DNA of 64,000 bases, from the NCBI GenBank assembly GCA_965240325.2, contig OZ251247.1, forward strand, positions 620,001-684,000, written 5' to 3'. The translations under genes and the position numbers were made by a program. Source of the stretch: Rebecca billardiae RCC1528. Lineage: Eukaryota > Protista > Haptophyta. The notes beneath the pieces were generated by a model. That model saw only the letters and a program-made list of their open reading frames with translations. It did not search any database and was not told the origin of the DNA. Of the stretch, positions 24,295 through 36,225 are shown in pieces. Position 1 is the stretch's first letter, and each line of letters begins with the position of its first letter.

Positions 24295-25842
24295 TCAGCT
24301 GATGGCGGTCCAGCTGCCCGGCTGTAGCGGCGGCGGCAGCTGGAGCTGCTCGATGCGCGTCGGCGGCCAGCTCAGGGGTTTGGCAGAACCCTCAGGCACA
24401 GAGGCCGCGCTCACGCCGAGGCCGAGCGCTGCCGACTGCAGGCCACACGCATAGACCGCGCCGTCAGCAGTGGTGTACAGCGCGTGGGTGCCACAGAGCG
24501 CGCAGTCCAGCACACTGCCTGCCTCGAAGGCCTGCACGCGCGCCGGCAGGAAGAGACGCCTGCTGTTACCAGGCGCAGAGAGCTGGCCGAACTCGTTGTC
24601 CCCGAACGTGTGCACGCTGCCGTCCGCGCCCAGCACCGCGCTGCTGTCAAAGCCAGCGCACGCGCGCACAGCGCGCACTCCCACCAGCGCTGGAATGGGG
24701 AAGGGCGTGAACGCAGATAATCGGCCACCGTGGCCGAGCTGCCCAGAGCGCCCAGACCCGAAGAAGTGCACCCCGCCCGCGGCGTCCACCACCAGGCTGT
24801 GCGTGTGGCCCGCGCTCGCGTGCACGGCGCGCACGCCCGCGAGCGCCTCGATGCGCCTCGGTGTGAGCTGCTCCCGCTCGCGGTCGTGGCCGAGCTGGCC
24901 AGAAGAGCCCCAGCCGCACGAGTAGACGGCGCCCTGCGCCGAGAGCAGCAGCGTGTGAGAATCGCCAGCTGCAACACCGCCCACGCGCACGCCGTCCAGT
25001 GCCTCGATGCGCGTCGGCTCCCACCGCTCCTCCGTGTCGCCGTGGCCGAGCTGGCCGCAGTAGTTGTAGCCCCAGCTGTACGCACAGCCCGCGGCGGTGA
25101 GCGCGAGGCTGTGGTAGTCGCCAGCAGCAATGCATACGACGAGCTGCGTCTCGACCCCCCGGACTTGTTCGAAACCCCACCGCGTGACAGTGTCACCCAG
25201 CCCCAGCTGGCCGCACTCGTTGTCGCCGCAGCCGTACACGGCGCCGGCCTGGCTCAGCGCGAGCAGGTGGGACCTGCCGGCGGCCACCGCGACCACGCGC
25301 ACCGCGCTCAGGGAGGCCACGCGCGTCGGCAGGAGCACCGTGTGCGCGTCCGGGTGGCCAGCTGCCGGGGATGCATGGTACTCGCCCGTGCCCTCCTCGT
25401 CCTCCTCGTCCTCGTCCTTCTCCTCGCCGCACGTGTGCAGCCCGCCCTCTGCGTCCACAAACGCGCTCAAATAAACGCCCGCGCCCGGAGTTGTCGCGAC
25501 GGCGTGCGCGTGCGCTCGCACGAGCGAGAGGACGGCCTCGCGCTGCATGAGTGCGTCCGTCCACGTGCAAGCATCCACGGGTAGGCTGGCCGGAAGGGCG
25601 CGCGCATGCCCGCGTGCGTGCGCGCGCTCGCGCAGCGCGTGCTCGACCGGCGAGCGGCCGCCGGGCTCGCCGCGGAAGAGGCGCGCCGTGGCGTTGGCGC
25701 GGACGATGGCAGGCAGCGCGGCGATTGACAGGATGCGCTCGATGATCTCGGGGGGCAAGCTCGCCAGCTGCCGACCCGCCGCCGCCGACGGCTCCAGCCG
25801 CGGGGGTGGCGCAGGGACGTCGGTCGTGGTGGTGCGCGCCAT
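24295..25842 (-). CDS. F-box-like + RCC1-repeat protein, copy 1 (515 aa, intronless)
   Basis: Start MARTTTTDV is shared with paralogues. LASLPPEIIERIL F-box-like motif; repeated RCC1 signature xAGxxHSLALT...YSWGxNxxGQLGHG...P.RIEAL. Confidence 0.9.
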   Translation of the reverse strand: MARTTTTDVPAPPPRLEPSAAAGRQLASLPPEIIERILSIAALPAIVRANATARLFRGEPGGRSPVEHALRERAHARGHARALPASLPVDACTWTDALMQREAVLSLVRAHAHAVATTPGAGVYLSAFVDAEGGLHTCGEEKDEDEEDEEGTGEYHASPAAGHPDAHTVLLPTRVASLSAVRVVAVAAGRSHLLALSQAGAVYGCGDNECGQLGLGDTVTRWGFEQVRGVETQLVVCIAAGDYHSLALTAAGCAYSWGYNYCGQLGHGDTEERWEPTRIEALDGVRVGGVAAGDSHTLLLSAQGAVYSCGWGSSGQLGHDREREQLTPRRIEALAGVRAVHASAGHTHSLVVDAAGGVHFFGSGRSGQLGHGGRLSAFTPFPIPALVGVRAVRACAGFDSSAVLGADGSVHTFGDNEFGQLSAPGNSRRLFLPARVQAFEAGSVLDCALCGTHALYTTADGAVYACGLQSAALGLGVSAASVPEGSAKPLSWPPTRIEQLQLPPPLQPGSWTAIS

Positions 25843-26148
25843 TCTCCGATCGCGTCGCCCTTCGGCCTTATTCCAAGAGTCGTTCAGTACGACAGCACTC
25901 TGGACTGTACTGTAAAGTAGCAAGGGCCGGTACTTATCATACGTACAGTAAGTCGTACAGTCGTAGTCGTAAGACAGACAGGCTCGGGTCGTAACTAGTA
26001 CAGTCGTACAGTACAGCAGTACAGCAGTGGAGCAGTGGCAGTGCGTGCTGCAGTGTTCAAGTGGCGATGCCCTGACCAGCACGACCCTACTCAATGATGA
26101 ACATGCCGTCACTACTGCCTAGCGCATGTCCGCACCCACAGGCCACAC

Positions 26149-27753
26149 TCAGCTGGCGCTCCGGCTGCCCAGCTGCAGCGGCGGCAGCTGCCCGATGCGC
26201 ATCGGCGGCCACCTCAAGCCCTCGGGCTCAGTGCCCGCGCTCGCACCGAGGCCGAGCGCTGCCGACTGCTTGCCGCACGCGTGCACGCTACCATCAGCGG
26301 TGACGTACAACGCGTGGGTGTCGCAGAGAACACAGTCCAGCACACGCGCTGACTCAAAGGCCTGGACCCGGAGCGGCAGCATTTGGCCAGAGGGTCCCGG
26401 CGGGCAGATTTGGCCGCTGCTGCTGTCCCCGAACACGTGCACGCTGCCGTCCGCGCCCAGCACCGCGCTGCTGTCAGGACCCGCGCACGCGCGCACCGCC
26501 TTGACACCCGCCAACGCCTCGATGCGCATGGGCACCAACGCCTCGATGCGCCCGGCCGCGCGCTCGGATGATTCGCCAGCGTGCCCAAGCTGGCCATGAT
26601 CGCCATGTCCAAACGAGTGCACGCTGCCCGCTGCGTCCACCACCAGGCTGTGCACATCGCCTACGCTCACGTGCACGGCGCGCACGCCCGCGAGCGCCTC
26701 GACGCGCTTCGGCGTGAGCTGCTCCCGCTCGCCGCCGTGGCCGAGCGAGCCCTGGCCACACGAGTAGACGGCCCCATCTGTTGAGAGCAGCAGAGTGTGC
26801 CCAAGCCCACCAGCCACTCCGCCCACGCGCACGCCGTCCAGCGCCTCGATGCGCGTCGGCTCCCACCGGTCCACCTCGTCGTCGTGGCCGAGCTGGCCGT
26901 ACGCGTTGTTGCCCCAGCTGTACGCGCGACCAGAAGCGGTGAGCGCGAGGCTGTGGACTGGGCCGGCGCCAATGCCCACGGCGGGCTCTGCGTCCAGGGC
27001 GGCCAGTGGCACCAACGCGTGTGTACCATCCGCATCGGCACCCAGCCCGAGCTGGCCCCACCCGTTCTCGCCGCAGGCGTACACCGCCCCAGCATCGCTC
27101 AGCGCGAGCAGGTGCCCGCAGCCTGCGGCCACCGCGACCACGCGCACAGCGGCGAGCGAGGCGACGCGCGTCGGCAGTGGCACCACCTCGTCTCCCGAGT
27201 GGCCGGCTGCCCGGGTTGCACGGTACTCGCCCGTGCCCAACCCGTCCTCGTCCCGCACCTCCTCCTCGCCGCACGTGTGCAGCCCGCCCTCCGCGTCCAC
27301 GAACGCGCTGAATACGGGGTTGCTCCAAGTGTGGTCGTTGCTCCAAGGGCTGCTCGCGACTGTGGTGCGGAAGCGGTCCTCCGAGCTCCCGCTTGTCGCG
27401 ACGGCGTGCGCGTGCGACCGCGCGAGCGAGAGGATGGCCTCGCGATGCATGAGTGCGTCCGTCCACGTGCACGCGTCCACGGGGAGTCGGGCCGGAAGGG
27501 CGCGCGCGTGCCCGCGCGCGCGCGCGCGGGCACGCAGCGCGTGCTCGACCGCCGAGCGGCCGCCGGGCGCGCCGCGGAAGAGGCGCGCCGTGGCGTTGGC
27601 GCTGACGATGGCAGGCAGCGAGGCCAACGACAGGACGCGCTCGATGATCTCGGGGGGCAGGCTCGCCAGCTGGAGCCCCGCCACCGCCGACGGCTCCAGC
27701 CGCGGGGGTGGCACGGAGACGTCGGTTGTAGTGGTCGCAGTGGTGCGCGCCAT
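26149..27753 (-). CDS. F-box-like + RCC1-repeat protein, copy 2 (534 aa)
   Basis: Same architecture, with a unique ~20-aa insertion (SSEDRFRTTVASSPWSNDHTWSNP) before FSAFVD. Confidence 0.9.
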   Translation of the reverse strand: MARTTATTTTDVSVPPPRLEPSAVAGLQLASLPPEIIERVLSLASLPAIVSANATARLFRGAPGGRSAVEHALRARARARGHARALPARLPVDACTWTDALMHREAILSLARSHAHAVATSGSSEDRFRTTVASSPWSNDHTWSNPVFSAFVDAEGGLHTCGEEEVRDEDGLGTGEYRATRAAGHSGDEVVPLPTRVASLAAVRVVAVAAGCGHLLALSDAGAVYACGENGWGQLGLGADADGTHALVPLAALDAEPAVGIGAGPVHSLALTASGRAYSWGNNAYGQLGHDDEVDRWEPTRIEALDGVRVGGVAGGLGHTLLLSTDGAVYSCGQGSLGHGGEREQLTPKRVEALAGVRAVHVSVGDVHSLVVDAAGSVHSFGHGDHGQLGHAGESSERAAGRIEALVPMRIEALAGVKAVRACAGPDSSAVLGADGSVHVFGDSSSGQICPPGPSGQMLPLRVQAFESARVLDCVLCDTHALYVTADGSVHACGKQSAALGLGASAGTEPEGLRWPPMRIGQLPPLQLGSRSAS

Positions 27754-27761
27754 CTGCCTGC

Positions 27762-29245
27762 CACTGGGGACACGGCACCCAGGGTCGGAGAAAATCGGCG
27801 CGCTTTTTATTTCCGCTTTTCATTTATTCAGCCGCGCGCGTCGCGGCGGCCGCGTGCGTCTCGGGCGAGCGGGCGGCGGCGCCGCGCTCCCGAGCGTGTG
27901 GACGATCCCGCGAGCGCAGAGCCGGCGAGCTAAGCTGGGCAGTCGTGCTGAAGTGCCATGCGCCGCTTCGCGCCGCGCATCGCATTCGGCTGTACTTGCC
28001 TCGGGCCAGCATGTCTGTGCACACCGCCACACGGCCAGCCTCCCCCGCGTGCGCCATTCGAGGCGAGACAAACACGGAGCGTGCGCTTCCGCGTGGCGAG
28101 GCCTACACTGTACGCACGGCGCTGCCTTGCGCCGCCGCGCATGAGCGCGGGTCCGCGAACAGCTGCGTTCAGGTGTGCTAATTGCATCCTTCATACGATT
28201 CGATTGGTCGAACAAGCGCTCTAGCCCGGCGACGACGTTGCAGCGCACGCCATGCTGATCTGCGGTGACGCGCAGCATGTGCGCTCGCGCGGAGTGCCCG
28301 CACACGTGCCTGCTGTCCAGCTCTGCCCCGGCATTGACCTCCCTGACTTGTGCTCCGACGTCAATCTTGGCCCGAGGTAGTACGTACATGCATGCGCGCT
28401 GATGCAGAACATACCTGAACGAGGCCCATGGCCTGCATGGATGTGCCTCATCGGATGACACGGCGCGTGCATGAATGTGTGTACACTGCTTCGTCAAGCA
28501 GTAGCTTACGCCTGGACGTTCGTGTCGAACTTCACGGTGCGCATCACGCACGCACGGTCAGCCTTGATGGACACACCCATGCAGCCGGAAGGCAGCATCA
28601 GCCTGCCCAAGACGTGAGCATCCAGCCCCGACGCCGCTTCCGGGGCCTAAATGGCGCGCGCTCCTTTCACGCGGGAATGTGCTCACTACATCACTATCCA
28701 GCAGGGCGCATGTCAGTGCTTTCCATGCTCACACGACCCTTGCCGTAGGTCGATGCCGACAGCTGCGTGATGCTCGATCGTGCCAGTTTTGACGGCTGTG
28801 TGACCCGTGCAGATGCGCATGCCAGGCAGCGTACTGCGACGAGCGATGACGCGTGCACAAACTACCTGGGCGTTGCCCAGTGCAACCAAGTGCCGGACGC
28901 CGACGCCGCTGCTCGCGGCACGCGTGCAGTCAGCTGAGGAATGCACACGACTTCCTTGTTGTTGCGGCGCACGCGATGGCCTGAGGCGCGGCGGATGCAG
29001 TGACTCCGAACGGCGCGCGGCGGAACGACGCAAATGGCTGCTTTTCAGCCGCGCTCAACCACGCGCACCGCCTTCGCTGTCACGCAGCTACCGCAGGAGT
29101 GCGCGCAGTCGGCGCCCGTATCGCCCTCCGGCGCCGCCCAGCGCGCTTCAGCGCAGCCGCCAGCGGCAGAGGTTGGTGGTGCTCTGACGGCATCACCAAC
29201 ATATTCGGAAAAGAAAATCCCCACCCGAAATTCCTGCGCCCAGTG
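27762..29245. mobile_element. Non-autonomous CACTA/EnSpm-like element (CACTGGG...CCCAGTG) inserted 8 bp upstream of the copy 2 ATG
   Basis: Imperfect TIRs. Sequence after 29245 (aatctccgcttgcgctgacgcgccca) resembles the leader of copies 3 and 4 (attctccgatcgcgacgcgccca). No clean TSD. Confidence 0.6.
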
Positions 29246-29705
29246 GAATCTCCGCTTGCGCTGACGCGCCCAACAAACACGAACGCGACGCTTCGTTCGG
29301 CGACTGTCCGGTCGTTAAGACCCGGACTGCCACAGCCGCGTGTCCGAGCTGACTAGTATGTAACTACAGAGTATGACCGCGATCCGCGGTCCTTCCGTAG
29401 AACCAACGTAGTTAGGGGCCCGCGGTGCACCCTCCGTCGGCTGCTGTCTCAGTCTGGTCAACATGGCGGGCCGATGGCGATGAGGACCGTGTCGCCGCGG
29501 GCCCGCGCGAAGAAGTACGGACGGCGGCCGGGGCAGCGGCGCGCGCGCGCAGGGCGAGCCTGCCTTGAGATGCTCGCGCTGCGCCACGCGCTCGACGACG
29601 GGCCGCTGGTCGCTCAGCCGGCGCGCCTCGTGCCGGCAGAGCGACAGCGCGCACCACTCTGCTGGCCCCACCCCCAGCGGCCCCAGCCTGCGCTCACGGC
29701 GTCAG

Positions 29706-32104
29706 TAGGGGGTCCATCTGATTAAATCGAGTTTTGATTTCTTTTCTTTTCCTTTTCAGAACTTGTTCGGCGTGTTTTCGCGATCGGCAGATTCCAAATC
29801 CGCGCTCGGCTCGGCCCGGCGCGGGAGCGGAGCTCTGAACGGGGTCGGCAAGGCTGATGGCCCTCGTCGACGGCCGTCCGCTCGCCATTGGGCGCGCCCA
29901 CATCGGCGCAGGCGCCTCGCCGAGCGACTCGGTGGACACGGACACGTAGCCACGGTTCGTGTGGACCGGGCTCTCGCTGGGAGTCGCTGGCCAAACGACG
30001 CTCGTGCTTCATCATTTGAATCTGCGTGCTCGACGTGTCAGCTGCTCGCGACCAAGGAGCGCGTCCTAGGAGCACGTGCAGGAGAGCAATACGGAGACGA
30101 ACATGCGCAATATGGTGGGATGGGCATCGACAACGACTGGACACTGTCTCCTTCCCCACCCGTCGCTGCCATCTCGCCCTCGGACGTGCCCGCGACGCCT
30201 CTGCCGCAAGGGCCAGCTGCCGCCGACCAACTTGCGGACCGCTGTGCCGGGCATGACGAGGTCCAGGGCGCGGCAGATGATGATGCACGCGTGCCCATGG
30301 GTGTGTGCGACCCGCCCGAGGTCCCTGCCGGCACCGCCGAGGGGCTCGCCTCCTCCGCGGACGGCCTCGACTGTGAGCAACCGTGCAGGCCCGAACTACG
30401 GCCTGACGTCAACGTCAGCGCGCAGCAGCTCGAGGAGACGGCGGTGGCGGCGCGCGCCATCCACGTGCTACAGCCCTCGACCAGCTGGCGCGTGGCCGGC
30501 ACTCGCCCGCGGTACGCATCGGTGCTCGACTTCATGCTCCTCGACCACCTCCGCACGCTCGTGGTCTCGCGGAGCTCATGCTTGAGAACTCGAAGAAGCA
30601 CAAGCCGTTGGTCAGAGTGTTCACCCCTGCGTGCGCCCAGACCGCGCGCGACGGTCGGACGAAGAAGCCCAAGGCGCTCACGCTCGTCTGCGTGGATGCG
30701 CTCGGCATCTCGTTGCGCCACGACTCGCCGCGGCTCCGGAGGTGATCGGCATCTGGCTGATGACCGTGCACAGGTGGTGGAAGGGCAAGCACGAGGACAT
30801 GGAGCGCATCCTGAGCCGGAAGCAGGGCGCGTCGGCGGCGGAGAGGAAGGCGGAGCTGGATGTCGACGACACGTCGCTGGGCGCCGGCGACGACAGCTGC
30901 CCCTTCCGCGACCTCTACTCGCCCCCCGACGCCAGCGCGCCGCGCGCGTCCGCAGCAGGCCGCGTGCAGGTGCAGCTGCACGAGCAGCGCGTGACTCCTG
31001 CTGAGCACGCGATCATCTTGGAGCAGCAGGTGCGCCTGACGGAGCAGCAGGTGGAGCTGAACTCGTCGCGCAAGGCGATCGCGCGCGCCGTCGCCGACGC
31101 TGCGCGCGCCAGCTTGCGCGCCAACGCAACCGAGCGGGGGCACAGATCGAGCTGCGGCCGAGCGGGCTGCCATGGCTGCCGACTGCGCCGAGTTCGAGCG
31201 CGAGAGGAGAGCGGCGGAGCTCGAGGGCGAGCGCGCGGCGAAGCGCGCGCAGTCCGCCGCAGTACTGGTGGACCGGTGACGCCCTCGCGTGGGCTAGGGT
31301 ACGACGAACGGCGACGACGCCGGTGACACAGAGCACGGGCACGGAAGTCGCCGAACGGACCGCGGCAAGCTCGGCGGCGGCGACTGCTAGTCTGCGCACG
31401 CAAGCCTCGATGGCGGAGGACTCTCTCACGACTATGGGGATGGTGGCATGCTCAGAGGTGGGCTTGGTAGTGTGCTTCGGCACGCAGCCCGCCGCCCGCA
31501 TCAGGTCCGTCCGGGCCTGCTGCGGCACGGTTCGAGTGGCATGAGCCCGCCGTCTCCGCGCGGCGGCGCGGCCTATTCGGATGACCCAGCACGAATAGTG
31601 AACAAGGTACCCTCATATTGACAGCACCCTGAATATATATTTAAAACACACCCGCATTATATAATAAGCGGATATATATGCGCATATATATGGGTACGTG
31701 TCTCTAATTAAATGGGTAACATGCTCGATCTTGGAGTAGTTTTTCCTCGCCCTCTACGCGCACTCATCGTGCCTTCTAAAAATCAGCAATTCCGCCGTAA
31801 TTTTATTTGGGCGGGTTGCAACGGTTATGAATAAGTAAGTTCGGCGATATATATACCGTCATTTAGCCGCCATAACAAGTCGTTGACGTTTGGCTGAATC
31901 TGTATGTGACACAGTGGCGCAGCTGGCGTGCGCGCACGACCGCGCAACGACGCGCGGAGTCGGTTTTGGGTGCTTCTGACGGCTGGGCTGGGTTCCAGGA
32001 CATATTTGTGGGTGCCTCCGCAAGCGCCACGCTCGTCAGACACCTAATAAATCGCATGGTTGTCGAAAATCACACATCAGTGGGCTGCTGTCATGGACCC
32101 CCTA
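29706..32104. mobile_element. hAT-like element with TAGGGGGTCCAT TIRs carrying a degenerate, frameshifted ORF
   Basis: 12-bp perfect TIR at 29706-29717 and 32093-32104. CTCACGGCG is duplicated at 29693-29701 and 32105-32113, with 4 extra nt on the left. Broken reading frames at about 30110-31130 include a weak HTH-like segment (AAPEVIGIWLMTVHRWWKG). Confidence 0.7.
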
Positions 32105-33136
32105 CTCACGGCGCTGCGCAGCCGCGCACCGAGAGGCGAGACCGAGCGGAGCTCGGGGTGGAACGAGGCGAGCGGCGGGTCGCGCCTGCCGCCGCGCGTG
32201 CGCGCCTGCTCCACCGCGCCACCGTGCTCGCCCGCCGCCTCCTCCGCCGCGTCGGCCTCGAAGCCACGGCGGCGGCCAGCCAGCCTCCGACCGAGGCGGA
32301 GCCCGTGCGTGCTCACTCACCCGGCGCGGTGGCGCGGGCCGTGGCGCCCTCGAGTCGACGGCCGTCTACTCCACAGCTGGCTGCTCGAGCTGCTGCACGG
32401 GGCGTCGCGACGAGGGCGCCGCGCGCGCCCAGCGCGTCCGTCGCCGCGTCGCGCAGCGCGTCGAGCTCGGCGCCGCGCTTCGCCAGCTCGGCGCCCAGCG
32501 CCTCCGTGCGCACTCGTGCTCATTCGATTGTCGTCATTGACGCGCTCGTCGGCTCCGTGGCGAGCCCGCGGGGCGGACGAGCGGACTACTGCGCGCCGCA
32601 GCAGGAGCAGCGCGCGGTGCGCAGCACTCCGCGCGCAGCAGGGCCGTCTCCTCATCCACCGAGTGCACGGCCTGCGCGGCGGCGACGCGGCGGCGCGCGC
32701 CGCCGCGGGGGCGGACGCACGCGTTGCGGGCCGAGATGAGTCCGGCCGCCGAGCCGCGGTGGCGGCGTCGGCGTGCGCGCCGGGCGAGGTGGGCGAGCTC
32801 ACGCGGCCCGGGCTCAGCACGCCCGTGCACAGCGCCGGCCGCGGTGGCGAGCGCGCACCGCTCGGCCGCGGTGGCTTAAAACCGGCTGAGCGGTTGATGT
32901 TTGAAGCCGCGAGGTCAGCGACGTCTCCGATGACTCGGCCATGATTGTGGTCCTCCTTCGCCCACTGGTGCTTTGTCGACCATCCGCTGGAGGCGCGCCA
33001 ACGTCGGTACGGACAGCGCCTGCTTGAGCGTCGTGATGTGCATCAGCTCGAGCCGGCCGAAGATGGGCCCGCCGACGGCGATGATCATGATGTGCGCGCT
33101 TGCCGCTTGGGCACCCGTCCTCGTCGCGAGACGCTG

Positions 33137-33405
33137 GCGGGCGGGTAACCCGTTTTTCTTATTTCATTATGGCAAAGGAGGTTCATCCATCGAGGCAGGC
33201 GGGTAACTTGGTTTAACCAGCGCTATTCAAAACAATCCCTTCATTATGACACTCAGGAGGTTCATCCATCGAGGCAGACGGGTGACTTGGTTATTGGACA
33301 AGCGCTATTGAAAAGAATCGTCTCTTTTAATATGACGAGGCGGTTCATACATCGAGGCAGGCGGGTAACGTATTTGAACAAGCACTATTCAAAAGAATCT
33401 GGTCT
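33137..33405 (+). repeat. ~80-bp degenerate tandem repeat (3 copies plus a partial)
   Basis: Core GGAGGTTCATCCATCGAGGCAGGCGGGTAAC at about 33177, 33256 and 33339, each followed by a related AGCGCTATTCAAAA segment. Confidence 0.85.
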
Positions 33406-34514
33406 CATAGCTGTTTTCGACCCAAAACAATCAAACGTCGCTCGGCAAACTCGTACTTCAGCATACAAGAGGGGTAGGAATACTCACTTGTTTCACCCCC
33501 GGGGTATCTGATCCCACGTCCGTCCATAGTAGATACAAGAATTGCAGCGGGCGCGGCCTTTTAAGCTGTGATGGACAGCATACCCCCCCTCAAAAAGTCG
33601 AAAACTCACCCTCCAACAGCCCTCAAAATCGTCCCCCATCCCCTTTTCTTTGATCAAAAGATCTTTTTGACAACGTAGTGAGGGCCCCCGGCGGGGCTCC
33701 ACGCTACGCGCTCCGCCCTGCACCGCGGGCCATGATGCTGAGTTAGCACTAAGCCGATAAGAGACGCGCACACAGCTCAGGCACGGGCGAGACTAGCTCG
33801 GCCGCGTGCAAGCTGCAAGCAGTGCGCTGCCCACCCGCACCGGCACCTGGGGCTCCTCTCCGCTCTCGGACTCGCAGACACGCTCTGCCCCCGGCGCCAC
33901 GCGGCTACTCGCGGTACCGCGGGCCTCGCCTCACTCTCGGCTGAGTAGTGAGTGAGTCGTAGTGCGCAGAGTGCCGCATCCGATTAGTGAATGCCAATCA
34001 AAGCCGCCCGGCAAGCGCTTCTGCTGCCTTCCGCAAGGCGCCGCACAGTAGTCGGCGTGAATCAGCTAGGCACAGCAGCCACTACGAGAGTAGTGAGTAC
34101 GGTTACCGTAGTTGAGTACGGCCACTTGCGCACAGACCACAGCCCATATATATCATCCTAATAATGGCCTGTACCAAGGTTCATGCTCGCCTCGACGTAC
34201 GCAAATAAGTAAGTTCTTGCGTTTGGGCTCAGCATTTCGGCTAAGTAAGACTGCTTACCCACATTCAGCAGATGACTGACGATTCTCTATATGTGCCCGT
34301 AGACCGTACTCGTAGTTATTACAAGTCCCGGCGGCGCGCGCGCACGCTCACGACGGGCCGCGGATGCGCGATTTTTATAGGCGGCCGAAACTTTTGCTCC
34401 GCCAAAACTTTTGCTCCGCCCGCCGGGCTGGGCCCAGCATTTGTTATACTACGCGCTGCTGTTTCCGGGGCGGGTGCATGAGCGACGTGCCTAGGGGCCC
34501 GCATATTCATTTTG

Positions 34515-34657
<143 letters not shown>

Positions 34658-36225
34658 CCCCGAAATAAAGTGCTCCAGCAGTGCGTCTGGACTGTGTCAG
34701 CAGGCTAATCGGCTGCGCCCGTCGGACCCGCAGGCCACTCTCCCAATGCTTCTCGATCACCTTGAATGGCCCCAGTGGGCGGAAATGGCCACATCTCCCG
34801 GAGATCGGGCGTACTCACACGTGTGAGTAAAGTTTCGTCGGGATTTTCAGCAATTTCATTGGAGGAGGGTGCCTCACTCTATTGTCCAAACTTGCATTTT
34901 CGGGATGTGAAGCTGTAAGTGTTTCGCCTTGCGGAGTAGCGCAGCCGCCAATCCGTCCAATGGGAAGCCAGCTCGGGCTTCGCTCAATGAAAAATGATCA
35001 CATCGGCCCCCGCGAGCCCCAATCGGAAATAGATGCTCGCTCCGTTCCACTTCGCGAACGTCGGTATCTCGCCGTCTCGTGGTGGGCGAGGGGCGGAGCT
35101 GAGTGGTTGGGGCTGCGGCGCGGACTGCGATGCTGGGCTGCTGACGTTCTCCGCGCGGGATATCTGAGGGGCACGCGAGCTGTATGTAGGGCACGCCTTG
35201 CAAACAATCTCCCCGCTGTACGTGCAGGTCATGCTAGCGTCCTCCGCGCCAAAAAAACCTGCTTGTTCTTGCGCGAGGCCCGAGTCCGCGGCACTGGTCG
35301 CTGCTCGCCGCAAGCTGGCACGCGTCAGCGTCTACACATTCACGATTCGGTGGTCATCGTGCGCCTGAGGACGGGGGCGATCTACTGAGTGCGCTGCTAG
35401 ATGAGCAGGCCCGCGTAAGGTTAGATCACCCTGCTCCTCACGCCTTGCGCGCACCTTGGGTTGCTTCCGTCACGCTTGAGGCGCTTCACGTCGCATGGGT
35501 CGGCGTAAGCTGTGTGTGTGATGCAAGCAGACGTCTTCCAAGCCTGGCTTGTACCCGATGGGAGAGCATACTTCTATCGCCTTCAGCCACCACCTTCTCC
35601 GGCGTTCGACGCCCACACTACATGCGACCACAGCCATACGCAGCTCGTCGGGACTCGTCTCCGTTAGCTTGTCGTTGTGCAAACGCCAAGGCCTGTGACA
35701 CGCAGGGAAGACTGATTCGCCATGGCATTTGTGCACTGCGTGAAGCATTGACACCAGCGCACGTTCGCCAGGTAGATTTGCGGGAGCAGAGCGTGCTTTT
35801 CTGCAAGGATTCGCACACGTATCACAGAAGTTCAGCAGTCGCGGGCTCGGACTGAAGATCTCTGCACCGTCGCTTGGCCGTGAGTGACAGGAACAGGCGA
35901 GGAGCTCCCACGGTGCTGGCGCACAACATGCCGTGACAGCGGGGGGCACACACATGGCGCGTACGCTGACGCAACCGCGCGGACGACCGGGCTAGGCGCC
36001 ACTGATCGGCCGCCCTCGTGCAAGGCACCGGCGGACTTCGCGGCCGGAACGCCATCGGGACAGCCGTCCCTCGTTTCGGCCGCCAGATAGTCTTTATTCG
36101 CCGGCTTCTTCAAAACTCTAAACATTGACTGGCCAAGTAACTCTGAGATTCGCAATCGTGCGGCCAAAAACGGGGCTGGGGGGCAGTCAAGGTGAGTCCG
36201 AGTCACTCCGCCGCTCAGTCAGTCA

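Noticed and set aside
33137-33405. CRISPR-like look: a 31-bp conserved core with ~50-bp intervals
   Set aside because: The intervals are homologous to each other, there are only 3 units, no cas genes, and the context is eukaryotic. It is a degenerate tandem repeat.
29417-33731. Large element bounded by the 13-bp inverted repeat GGCCCGCGGTGCA, carrying a decayed coiled-coil gene fragment
   Set aside because: No TSD, and a GC-rich 13-mer match is weak evidence; the fragment has no continuous frame.
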